Origin: Gammaproteobacteria bacterium
GTDB taxonomy: Bacteria > Pseudomonadota > Gammaproteobacteria > UBA4575
Length of the DNA stretch: 64,000 nucleotides
Direction of reading: 5' to 3'
Assembly (NCBI GenBank): GCA_965222615.1
Contig: CBDCUI010000008.1
Span: 608,001-672,000, forward strand
Position numbers and translations under genes: made by a program. The notes below the pieces were generated by a model. The model was not told the origin of the DNA. It saw nothing but the letters and a program-made list of their open reading frames with translations, and did not search any database. Every line of letters starts with the position of its first letter. Position 1 is the first letter of the stretch. Shown in pieces: positions 42,206-51,304 of the stretch.

Positions 42206-42835
42206 CGGTAGAGGAGCGTTCCGTAAGTCTGTGAAGGTAAATTGAGAAGTTTGCTGGAGATATCGGAAGTGCGAATGCTGACATGAGTAACGATAATGCA
42301 GGTGAAAAACCTGCACGCCGAAAGCCCAAGGGTTCCTGCGCAACGCTAATCGGCGCAGGGTTAGTCGGTACCTAAGGCGAGGCCGAAAGGCGTAGTCGAT
42401 GGAAAACAGGTTAATATTCCCGTACTTTGTATTACTGCGATGGGGGGACGGAGAAGGCTAGGCATACCGGACATTGGTTGTTCCGGGGAAAGTATGTAGG
42501 CAGAGAACTTTGGCAAATCCGGGTTCTTAATGTCGAGATACGAGACCATCGGTCTTTGTACCGAGAAGTTGCCGGTGCCATGCTTCCAAGAAAAGCCTCT
42601 AAGCTTCAGGTAATACGAAACCGTACCCCAAACCAACACAGGTGGGCAGGATGAGAATTCTAAGGCGCTTGAGAGAACTCGGGTGAAGGAACTAGGCAAA
42701 ATAGCACCGTAACTTCGGGAGAAGGTGCGCCCTTGTTGGTGAGTAATTTACTTTACAGGCTGATGGGGGCCGCAGTGACCAGGTGGCTGCGACTGTTTAC
42801 TAAAAACATAGCACTCTGCTAACTCGCAAGAGGAC

Positions 42836-42870
<35 letters not shown>

Positions 42871-42903
42871 TAATTGATGGGGTTAGCTTCGGCGAAGCTC
42901 TTG

Positions 42904-42950
<47 letters not shown>

Positions 42951-43604
42951 TAATATCGGTTGAAGATGTTACATTTTCAAAAAACGCTAGCCTTAGTAAA
43001 ACCGAACTATATGCGGGAAACTCCTCTAAAGCTGTTCAGTACTCGTTGATCTCTGTGATCTTCAGTAAAAATCTGACAGACATGTGGACAATCCGCAGGG
43101 AAGACTTGAATGTACCAAGAACCCTCAGAGACTTTACGTTCGGGAGGTGCCTATGAAACTAGATGCACAATGGATTACAGGTTTTGTGGATGGAGAAGGT
43201 TGTTTTCATGTGGGAATAAATCCTCATAAGGAAATGACTGTAGGATTTCAGGTGTTACCTGAATTTACCGTTGTACAACATAAACGCGATGTGCAAGTAC
43301 TTCATGCTCTGAAAAGTTATTTTGGATGTGGTGTGGTTCGAGTGAACCATGGCGACCGAATGGCCTATCGGGTAAGAAGCATCAAACATTTGTTAGAACA
43401 CATTGTTCCATTTTTCATCAAGCACCCGCTGAAAACGAAAAAGAATGTGGATTTTAGAAAATTCCGAAAAATTCTTTTAAAGATGGAAGCGGGCGATCAT
43501 TTAACATATGAGGGTGTCGAAGCAATTCGAACTATTTCAAGTGAAATGAATCGAGGTACTTCAAGATAAAGTCCGGCTTTTCTGGAAACAGATTAGATTA
43601 ACCG
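42951..43604 (+). mobile_element. Group I intron at 23S position L1931
   Basis: Exon ..CCTAAGGT | intron ending in G | AGCGAAATTCC; P1 GCCTTAG with U.G pair, P10 CGCT; core TGCGGGAA, AATCCGCAG, TCAGAGACTTTA, AAGATAAAGTCC. Confidence 0.93.
43153..43569 (+). CDS. Single-motif LAGLIDADG homing endonuclease in L1931 intron
   Basis: WITGFVDGEGCF..F.V.Q..L..LKSYFGCG..PL.TKK..DF; RBS GGAGG before ATG 43153. Confidence 0.95.
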   Translation: MKLDAQWITGFVDGEGCFHVGINPHKEMTVGFQVLPEFTVVQHKRDVQVLHALKSYFGCGVVRVNHGDRMAYRVRSIKHLLEHIVPFFIKHPLKTKKNVDFRKFRKILLKMEAGDHLTYEGVEAIRTISSEMNRGTSR

Positions 43605-43624
43605 AGCGAAATTCCTTGTCGGGT

Positions 43625-43893
43625 AAGTAAAATTGCCCCTTTTGGGAGCGATCCCAAATCGCAAACCGGCTCAAATCGGTGAAGCCTTCCTGCGTGTGCA
43701 GCGCAAAAGGTAATACCGAGGGTAAGATTATTATTAAATTGATAATCCCTGTAACGACTCAAGGGTGAGATCCTTGGATGGATGAAAATCCATAATACGC
43801 CGGCCCTGTTTATGATTGCGAATGAGGTTTCTCAACTCACGCAAACAGGTGAAGGTATAGTCTGTGCCCTTTGGAAACATTGGGAATAACATG
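43625..43893 (+). mobile_element. ORF-less group I intron at 23S position L1951
   Basis: Exon ..TGTCGGGT | intron ending in G | AAGTTCCGACC; P1 GGGU/GCCC; core GTAACGACT and AAGGTATAGTCT. Confidence 0.9.
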
Positions 43894-44182
43894 AAGTTCC
43901 GACCTGCACGAATGGCGTAACGATGGCCACACTGTCTCCACCCGAGACTCAGTGAAATTGAAATCGCTGTGAAGATGCAGTGTTCCCGCGGCTAGACGGA
44001 AAGACCCCGTGAACCTTAACTACAGCTTTACATTGAACTTTGAGCCTGCTTGTGCAGGATAGGTGGGAGGCTTCGAAGCAGTCACGTCAGTGGTTGTGGA
44101 GCCAACCTTGAGATACCACCCTGGCATGTTTGGAGTTCTAACCCAGGCCCGTTATCCGGGTCGGGAACAATGTATGGTGGGT

Positions 44183-44225
<43 letters not shown>

Positions 44226-44346
44226 ACGAAGGTACCCTAAGTACGGTCGGAAATCGTGCGGTTTGTGCAAAGGCATAAGGGTGCTTGACTGCGAGACAGA
44301 CACGTCGAGCAGGTACGAAAGTAGGTCTTAGTGATCCGGTGGTTCT

Positions 44347-44402
<56 letters not shown>

Positions 44403-44431
44403 ACTGCCCAAGAGTCCATATCGACGGCAGT

Positions 44432-44509
<78 letters not shown>

Positions 44510-44671
44510 TGGTACGCGAGCTGGGTTTAGAACGTCGTGAGACAGTTCGGTCCCTATCTACCGTGGGTGTTTGAGACTTGAAGGAAGCTGCTCCTAGTAC
44601 GAGAGGACCGGAGTGGACGTACCTCTGGTGTTCCGGTTGTCACGCCAGTGGCATTGCCGGGTAGCTATGTA

Positions 44672-44711
<40 letters not shown>

Positions 44712-44916
44712 CACCTGAAATGAGGTCTCACTGGGAACTTGATTCCCCTGAAGGGCCCTGGAAGACGACCAGGTTGATAGGCTGGGTGTGGAAGTTCAGT
44801 AATGGATGAAGCTAACCAGTACTAATTGCCCGTGCGACTTGACCATATAACACTCAAGCAAATTGAGTGTGTAGCGAATACTTCAAAACACACGCCTAGT
44901 TGGTTTTCAAAATTTT

Positions 44917-45014
44917 GTTTAATTTCATATGGGGTCAGACTCGATTGCATCTGGCCTTTGGGTGAGAAGGTGTTTGATTCAGATCAATCGAGTCTGACCC
45001 CATTGAAATTAAAC
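44917..45014. repeat. Long REP-like inverted repeat in the 23S-5S spacer
   Basis: ATGGGGTCAGACTCGATTG ... CAATCGAGTCTGACCCCAT, extendable to about 30 bp with one bulge. Confidence 0.8.
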
Positions 45015-45023
45015 ATACCAGTT

Positions 45024-45142
45024 TGCCTGGCGGCAACAGAGCGTTGGTACCACCCGATCCCATCCCGAACTCGGAAGTGAAACGGCGCATCGCCGATGGT
45101 AGTGTGGGGTCTCCCCATGTGAGAGTAGGACACTGCCAGGCA
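45024..45142 (+). rRNA. rrf: 5S rRNA
   Basis: TGCCTGGCGGC..CCGAACTCGGAAGTGAAAC..GATGGTAGTGTGGGG..GCCAGGCA. Confidence 0.97.
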
Positions 45143-45503
45143 TTAATACCTAAAGCCTCGTAATTGATTACGGGGCTTTTTTATTTTTTGGAAGTAAATT
45201 TAAGTCGCAGTGTGATTACTGGTATGCGAGCCGCATCCGTGCGGCTGACTCTCATTCCTATATCCATGTAGTCACCAGCCAGGCATTAAAATAAATAAGG
45301 CTCTAGAGTTTTACTTTAGAGCCTTATTTTTATTACGAAGATGAAATTTACAGGCAGTGTAATTTACGGGCCGGTTTGCCGAAGTCCATTTCGGCAGGCT
45401 CTCACTCGCACATCCATGCGCACGTGTGGCATTAAAATACAAAGACCCTAAAGTTTTGCTTTAGGGTCTTTTTTATTATGAAGATGAATTTATAGGTAGT
45501 GTG
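45140..45503 (+). terminator. Three tandem diverged terminator units after 5S
   Basis: GCATTAA + hairpin/T-tract at about 45152, 45296 and 45441; palindromic CATCC elements between them. Confidence 0.8.
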
Positions 45504-46004
45504 TGTGGTTTTCCGTGACAGTTTACCTCATCCATAAAGTGGTCTCTTATTTCAAAAGCTTTAATACTTTTAATGTTGAAAGTTTTAAAGATTCGTTTTT
45601 TTGAGAGATTGCGTATAAAAGGATTTATCATCCGGTTATTTTTAATAAAAATTTATAACTATTAACAGTTCAAATATATATTTTTTAACTAGCATCGAAA
45701 TTTAGTAACGAATTGATATAGAAAATAAATATTCAAGTATGGAGTATTTTAATAAAACTAGGTAAACCAACTTATTACATTATAAATTTAATTATTATAT
45801 TGAATTCGATTAATTTTAGTATAAGAGTGAAAGGATAAAAGATTAATAAACGTTACTATTATTTATTAGAGGAATTTAGCAACGATACAATTAGTTTGAT
45901 AGTATATTTCTTGAGTGAGATGTGTGTGCAAGAATTGCATTAATCTAACACCTTAAAATCTTAAGCTTAAAGTAATTTACAAAAATAACTAATAAGGGAG
46001 GGAC

Positions 46005-47255
46005 ATGAAGTTTTTTGTAAACTCAACACCAATAGTTGAAGAAGAATTTCGAGTTGGAAAGAAGACTGCAGGGGTCACAGAGCTTCCAAATCAAAATAAA
46101 GCAAAATTTTCAGCAAGCTTTACTAAATCTAAGATAAGAATCAAGACAAGTGCATCTACATCTGTTTTGCCTGAAGTAGTACGAGTTAAAAATGCTTCAT
46201 GGGCATTTAGTACTCGACGGGTGTCAATAGAAGCAGTCCAGTCTGTTTTGCCTCTTGAGGGTTCGCCTAATGCGGGGGATTTGGTTTTAGCACGTGTAGA
46301 CATGATTGGACATCATTCTGGATTGCAACAACCAAATGGAAGGCGTAAATCAATGTTCATTGGCGATGAAATTGTAGTTGCTTATGGTAACCGCTATGCA
46401 TCAAATCAATTTGAATCTTTTGTACCTGAAACACTTGGCCCTTGTCACCTTGTAGCAGGCGGCGGTATCGCATCACGCGCAAGGTCATGGCATAACCGAA
46501 TTTCAAAAGGTCCAACACATATTACGCCATTAGGTTTGTTAGGTGATCGAAATGGTAGGCGTATGAACTTAACCCAATTTGCGTTACAACCACTAAAAAA
46601 CATAAGTGATAAATTTCCAACTGCTATTGCAGTGGTGGGTACTGGAATGGATTCTGGCAAGACACAAAGTGCCGCGTATTTGGTTAAAGGATTAATTGCA
46701 GCTGGTTTGAAAGTGGCCTATGCAAAAATAACAGGAACAGGGGCAGGTGGAGATACTTGGTTGCTTAGAGATGCTGGTGCATTTCCAGTTTTGGATTTTA
46801 CCGATGCTGGTGCTCCTTCAACATATTTAATGACTAAAAAAGAAATTGAAAATATTTTAGTGACCTTAGTAGGGCATATATCTACTAAAAATGTAGACAC
46901 AATCATTTTAGAAATCGCTGATGGCGTATATCAACAAGAAACTGCTGAATTACTTCGCTCAGATATTTTTGATCAAATTGTTGGAGGAGTGCTGTTTGCA
47001 GCAAGAGATTCGATGGGGGCGAGTGCAGGTGTTCATTGGCTAAGTAATTATCCAACCCCTGTGCTCGCGTTAAGCGGTGTGTTATCTGCAGCGCCCTTGC
47101 AAGTTAAAGAGGCAACAGAGGCATTGCGTTTACCCGTATATAACCGTGAAGAGCTGGCTACTGCAAAAATTGCATTTCAGATCATGAATCGTGCGTGGCA
47201 GAAACATCATGAATTAAATTGTGAACCCCGGAAATTATATATAAATGTCGATTAA
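46005..47255 (+). CDS. DUF1611-like P-loop protein
   Basis: YGNRYA, LVAGGGIAS, GTGMDSGKT P-loop, KITGTGAGGD, DFTDAG..STY, EIADGVYQ.ET. Confidence 0.72.
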   Translation: MKFFVNSTPIVEEEFRVGKKTAGVTELPNQNKAKFSASFTKSKIRIKTSASTSVLPEVVRVKNASWAFSTRRVSIEAVQSVLPLEGSPNAGDLVLARVDMIGHHSGLQQPNGRRKSMFIGDEIVVAYGNRYASNQFESFVPETLGPCHLVAGGGIASRARSWHNRISKGPTHITPLGLLGDRNGRRMNLTQFALQPLKNISDKFPTAIAVVGTGMDSGKTQSAAYLVKGLIAAGLKVAYAKITGTGAGGDTWLLRDAGAFPVLDFTDAGAPSTYLMTKKEIENILVTLVGHISTKNVDTIILEIADGVYQQETAELLRSDIFDQIVGGVLFAARDSMGASAGVHWLSNYPTPVLALSGVLSAAPLQVKEATEALRLPVYNREELATAKIAFQIMNRAWQKHHELNCEPRKLYINVD

Positions 47256-48144
47256 TGGAAACTCTAATGATACTCGATGGATGCTGCCAAAAGGCAAAGT
47301 CCTAAGACGTACTATGCAAGGCGCGCCGAATTTTGACTATCTTATTTACTTACCAACTTCAGTTAAAAATAATGCACCTTTATTAATCGCAGTGCATGGG
47401 CTCTCACGCAATACGCATGAACAAATGCGTGTATTTTCAAAATTGAGTGAGTTATATGGAGTTATTGTAGCCGCTCCAAATTTTTCAGAAGAACAATTTA
47501 AAGACTATCAGCGTCTAGGCCGGATAGGTTTGGGTTTGCGTGCAGATTTATTCTTAAATGAGTGCATAGTGGAAATTGGGCTTTTAACAGGAGCTGAAGT
47601 TTCAAAAATATTTCTATTTGGATTTTCAGGTGGCGCACAATTTGCTCACCGTTATTTAATGGTTCACCCACATCGTGTGGCCCGGGCAGTAGTAGTAGGT
47701 GCAGGTTGGTATACATTTCCAGATGCAAAGTTAAAATTTCCGTATGGCATCCGATCTACAAAAAGGTTACCTGGGGTAATTTTTAATCCTGAAGAATTTT
47801 TGACAATACCTGTATCAGTATTAGCTGGTGAGCACGATACATCTATGACTGCGCTTCGACGAAATATCCGAGTAGATGAGCAACAAGGTAAAAACAGGGT
47901 GCAACGTGCTCGTAATTGGGTAGTCGCAATGCGAGAAGCAGCAAAAATGTTTGGCATGTTGCCGATGGTGACCTTTACAGAAGTGCCTCATATTAACCAT
48001 TCATTTACCCAATTTTATCGGCATGGCGCGTTGACTGAAAGAGTATTTAATTCACTATTCGATATTCCATTTTCTTCACTTAAACAAACAAAGTCAGCAG
48101 TGCAAGAAGGTGATAATGCTATTGCTGAAAATGTGATGAATTGA
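47245..48144 (+). CDS. Cytoplasmic alpha/beta hydrolase, PahZ1-like
   Basis: VHGLSRN, GFSGGAQFAHRY, GAGWYTFP, FPYG, QQG..R..R, catalytic His in NHSF; no signal peptide. Confidence 0.78.
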   Translation: MSINGNSNDTRWMLPKGKVLRRTMQGAPNFDYLIYLPTSVKNNAPLLIAVHGLSRNTHEQMRVFSKLSELYGVIVAAPNFSEEQFKDYQRLGRIGLGLRADLFLNECIVEIGLLTGAEVSKIFLFGFSGGAQFAHRYLMVHPHRVARAVVVGAGWYTFPDAKLKFPYGIRSTKRLPGVIFNPEEFLTIPVSVLAGEHDTSMTALRRNIRVDEQQGKNRVQRARNWVVAMREAAKMFGMLPMVTFTEVPHINHSFTQFYRHGALTERVFNSLFDIPFSSLKQTKSAVQEGDNAIAENVMN

Positions 48145-48171
48145 TTTGTTTTAATTTGTAATAACTGTTTT

Positions 48172-49410
48172 ATGACTAAAGCTAATAGCAATCGATCAAA
48201 TAACACTAATTTGACTAATCAAAAAAAATTAGTTGTTAGGCCGGTACATATTGAACGTTCGGCAAAACATGAAAATGCTATTGGTATGGCGCAGTTGCCC
48301 CCGCCAAAATTTACCAATAAAAATTATAGGAACCGAACTTTAAAATGGATGTTGGTTTGTATTCTGCTAATTCTTTTATCAATTCCATTTGTAACATGGC
48401 TTCAATATCAATCAAGCAATATTATTTCACGTAATGCTATTGTGCGTGGAAATCTCGCTGAAATTGGCACCCGTATTAATGGTGTTCTTATGGATATAGA
48501 TGTGCCAGCAGGGGAGAAAGTATGGTCAGGACAGGTTTTGGCAAAACTTGAGCATCAGCATATTAAGGCTGAGGGCGAAGAAGCAAAAGCAGAGTTGGAG
48601 GGTTTTGCTCGCGAATTAGAAGTAGAACAGATGGCGATTGAGCATGAAAAATTATTATTACAAAACAAAATTCAAGAAGCAGGTGCCAACCTAGCTGCAG
48701 CACAAGCTGAAGTTACTGCAGCTAAAACTCGTGCACGAGAAGCCGAAAATTTTTATCAAGCACGCAAAAAACTACTCAGTGAACAGCTAATTTCTCGCGA
48801 AGATGTGCGTGATGCAAATAGTAAACGTAGGACAGCGGCTGCTTTGGTCCGAGTTGCAGAGGCCAATTATTTAGCAGCTAAATCTGCACAAGAGAATGCA
48901 TCATTAGACTCAGATGGTTTGTTAATTCGTAAGCAACGAATCGGTGTATTGGAAGCAAATGTTGCACGTGCGAAGGCTCGTCTGGCAAAAGCTGATGCAG
49001 ATTTACAAGGAACACACATTCGAGCTCCAGGCGATGGCGTGGTCATTAGATGGCTGATACAGCAAGGTGGCTCTGTAGAAGTTGGGAAACCAGTACTATC
49101 CATGTGGGTAGGTGATGAGGTATGGATAGAAGCGTGGATAGATGAAGATGAAATTTCACATATACAAGTTGGTGATATTGCAACGGTCACATTGCAATCG
49201 TTTCCAGGAAAAGAATTTATGGGTGTAGTAGAAAAAATTGGTTTAACCACAGATTTTCAAACGCCTGCACCAGATATTCCTCAACCGCGCTTTACACGTA
49301 TGCGTGGCGCACCTGTAATAGGTGTATTAGTAAGACTAAATGATCCACCTGACAAGTTGCTGCCTGGTTTATCAGCCGTAGTGGCAATACAAAATAGTGT
49401 AGGGGGATAA
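48172..49410 (+). CDS. HlyD/EmrA-family membrane fusion protein
   Basis: TM anchor, lipoyl halves (V..GE.V..GQVL; IRAP.DGVV), coiled coil, LLPGLSAVV. Confidence 0.9.
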   Translation: MTKANSNRSNNTNLTNQKKLVVRPVHIERSAKHENAIGMAQLPPPKFTNKNYRNRTLKWMLVCILLILLSIPFVTWLQYQSSNIISRNAIVRGNLAEIGTRINGVLMDIDVPAGEKVWSGQVLAKLEHQHIKAEGEEAKAELEGFARELEVEQMAIEHEKLLLQNKIQEAGANLAAAQAEVTAAKTRAREAENFYQARKKLLSEQLISREDVRDANSKRRTAAALVRVAEANYLAAKSAQENASLDSDGLLIRKQRIGVLEANVARAKARLAKADADLQGTHIRAPGDGVVIRWLIQQGGSVEVGKPVLSMWVGDEVWIEAWIDEDEISHIQVGDIATVTLQSFPGKEFMGVVEKIGLTTDFQTPAPDIPQPRFTRMRGAPVIGVLVRLNDPPDKLLPGLSAVVAIQNSVGG

Positions 49411-49413
49411 AAT

Positions 49414-51303
49414 ATGCCAACTAATATAGATAGTTCAGATGCAGTAGTACCAAATCCATTCGAATTAAATTTTTGGGATAAATATATTCGACCAAAGCGA
49501 AATATTCATCCTATAGGAATTGGGTTACTTTCTCTTTTAGCGTTTATACCTCTAATAATGGTATTTTCGCGGCTCTTAGCTTATCCAGGGATGCAGCCGC
49601 AAAATATTTTTGGTTTAGATTGGTTGCACTTATTTGGGACATATTTAAATCAATCAGTTACTTTGCAATGGGTTCCACCAGATGATCAATGGACCATACT
49701 GTACTTGCTCTTATTGCCTCTAAGCGTTCTTATCATAACCATTGCGCGTTTAACTTTTGGGTTACGAATTTTAGGTTTTCGAGCGATTTTGATTGCTGTG
49801 GGATTTCAGGAAATTGGCTTTTTGCCAAGTATTCTATTAATCATATCCGTAATAGCTACTATTATTTTAGTGCGTCCTGTATTGAGGCAAATACGTCTGC
49901 CTTTATATGCGCGCGTTTCGGTGATTTTATGCATTTCTGCGATGTTTATGATTGGCGCATTATTTTTAGGATCATGGTTGCGTTCAGAAATAATTTGGAA
50001 TGTTGCCTTTTTCCCAGTAATTATTTTAGCAATGTTAGCAGAGAGTGTAGCCAGAACAATTGATAGAGAAAGTATACAGACAGGTCTTTGGCGTTTATTT
50101 TGGACAGTAGTTTTAGCAATAATCATTGCTTTAATTTGTAAATTACCCGTTATACGAGAGGCCGCTTTATTTTTCCCTGAATTAATGATTACACAGTTAG
50201 TATTTGTCGTATTTGTTTCAGAGTTTTTTGATTTACGTTTATTACAAGGCTGGCAAGAACGCATTGGGAACAAGAAGAAAAGCAAATTAGTGGCTATACC
50301 TGCTACAGCAAAGATAGCTGTTGTACGAAACCGGTGGAATTCAAATGTACTTGGACGGCTAGGAATTCCAATTTCAAACAAAGCGAGAGTTAAATCAGTT
50401 CAGCGTTTAGTAAATTCATTACGTAATTTAGGCTATTCCGTTCGAGTATTTGAAAGTGATATTTCATTGTTTCGTGAATTACGTAAGTTTATACCTACTG
50501 ATCCGTTAACCGGTCATCCGGGTGGCATGGTGTTAAATTTAGCGAGAGGTGTGCAAGGTGTTGGTAAGCTAAGTCACTTGCCTGCTATGTTAGAAATGTC
50601 AGGAGTTGCTTATACAGGTCCTGATCCAGTTAGCCATACACGAATATTAGATCGTTATATGATGCTTACTTTATTGCGAGAGTCTGATATTCCAGTCCCA
50701 AAGTTTAAATGTATTTCAAGCATATTTTCAGATATAAGTGATCTACGTTTTCCAATAGCAATACGACCACGTTGCGAATCGGATGCAAAATGGAATATTG
50801 TTAGAACTCCCGAAGATTTTACTGCGACAGCAAATGAAGTTTTACAAACTTATAGGCAAGAACTTGTTGTTGAAGAATTTCACTTCAGTCAAGAGATACG
50901 CGCTTCATTAATTGGTAATAATGTAGTCGAATGTTTTCCACTATTACAGCATAGCATGAGGGGAAGCAAAAAAATCTGTCCAGCACCTTTAGACGAAACA
51001 CTTACAAAAAAGATTGAAGAGACTGCTAAACAAGCTTACCGCGCAATTGGATGTCGAGATTATGCTCGAATTGACATCAGAATAAATGAAGAAAATGAAC
51101 CGTGCATTATCCAAATACATACTATAGGTATTTTTGCCCGCAATGGGTCATTTGCTCAATCAGCAAAACAAGCTGGATATTCATTTGAAGATTTAATGCA
51201 TCGAGTTATTCAGTTAGCTTGGTTACGTTATGGCGTGACGTCTAATATCTCATGCATGGATGTGGATGAAAATCAGACCTTATCTGAGGTTGAAGTAGCT
51301 TGA
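49414..51303 (+). CDS. 7TM_transglut-type membrane domain fused to D-Ala-D-Ala-ligase-like ATP-grasp (degenerate)
   Basis: LLLPL..GLRILG..R..FFPVIIL..E..FPEL TM block; LEMSGVAYTG, CPAPL, GCRDYARIDIR; DK, KP and ExN replaced by DR, RP and QIH. Confidence 0.78.
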   Translation: MPTNIDSSDAVVPNPFELNFWDKYIRPKRNIHPIGIGLLSLLAFIPLIMVFSRLLAYPGMQPQNIFGLDWLHLFGTYLNQSVTLQWVPPDDQWTILYLLLLPLSVLIITIARLTFGLRILGFRAILIAVGFQEIGFLPSILLIISVIATIILVRPVLRQIRLPLYARVSVILCISAMFMIGALFLGSWLRSEIIWNVAFFPVIILAMLAESVARTIDRESIQTGLWRLFWTVVLAIIIALICKLPVIREAALFFPELMITQLVFVVFVSEFFDLRLLQGWQERIGNKKKSKLVAIPATAKIAVVRNRWNSNVLGRLGIPISNKARVKSVQRLVNSLRNLGYSVRVFESDISLFRELRKFIPTDPLTGHPGGMVLNLARGVQGVGKLSHLPAMLEMSGVAYTGPDPVSHTRILDRYMMLTLLRESDIPVPKFKCISSIFSDISDLRFPIAIRPRCESDAKWNIVRTPEDFTATANEVLQTYRQELVVEEFHFSQEIRASLIGNNVVECFPLLQHSMRGSKKICPAPLDETLTKKIEETAKQAYRAIGCRDYARIDIRINEENEPCIIQIHTIGIFARNGSFAQSAKQAGYSFEDLMHRVIQLAWLRYGVTSNISCMDVDENQTLSEVEVA

Positions 51304-51304
51304 T

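Noticed and set aside
43084-43152. GTG-start N-terminal extension of the endonuclease
   Set aside because: Overlaps the intron catalytic core; the RBS supports ATG 43153
43625-43628. Second intron placed after position 1955
   Set aside because: The intron starts AAGT like the exon, but P1 U.G pairing and the terminal G fix the site at L1951
45140-45503. CRISPR array
   Set aside because: Units are long, diverged and terminator-like; no identical short repeats and no cas genes
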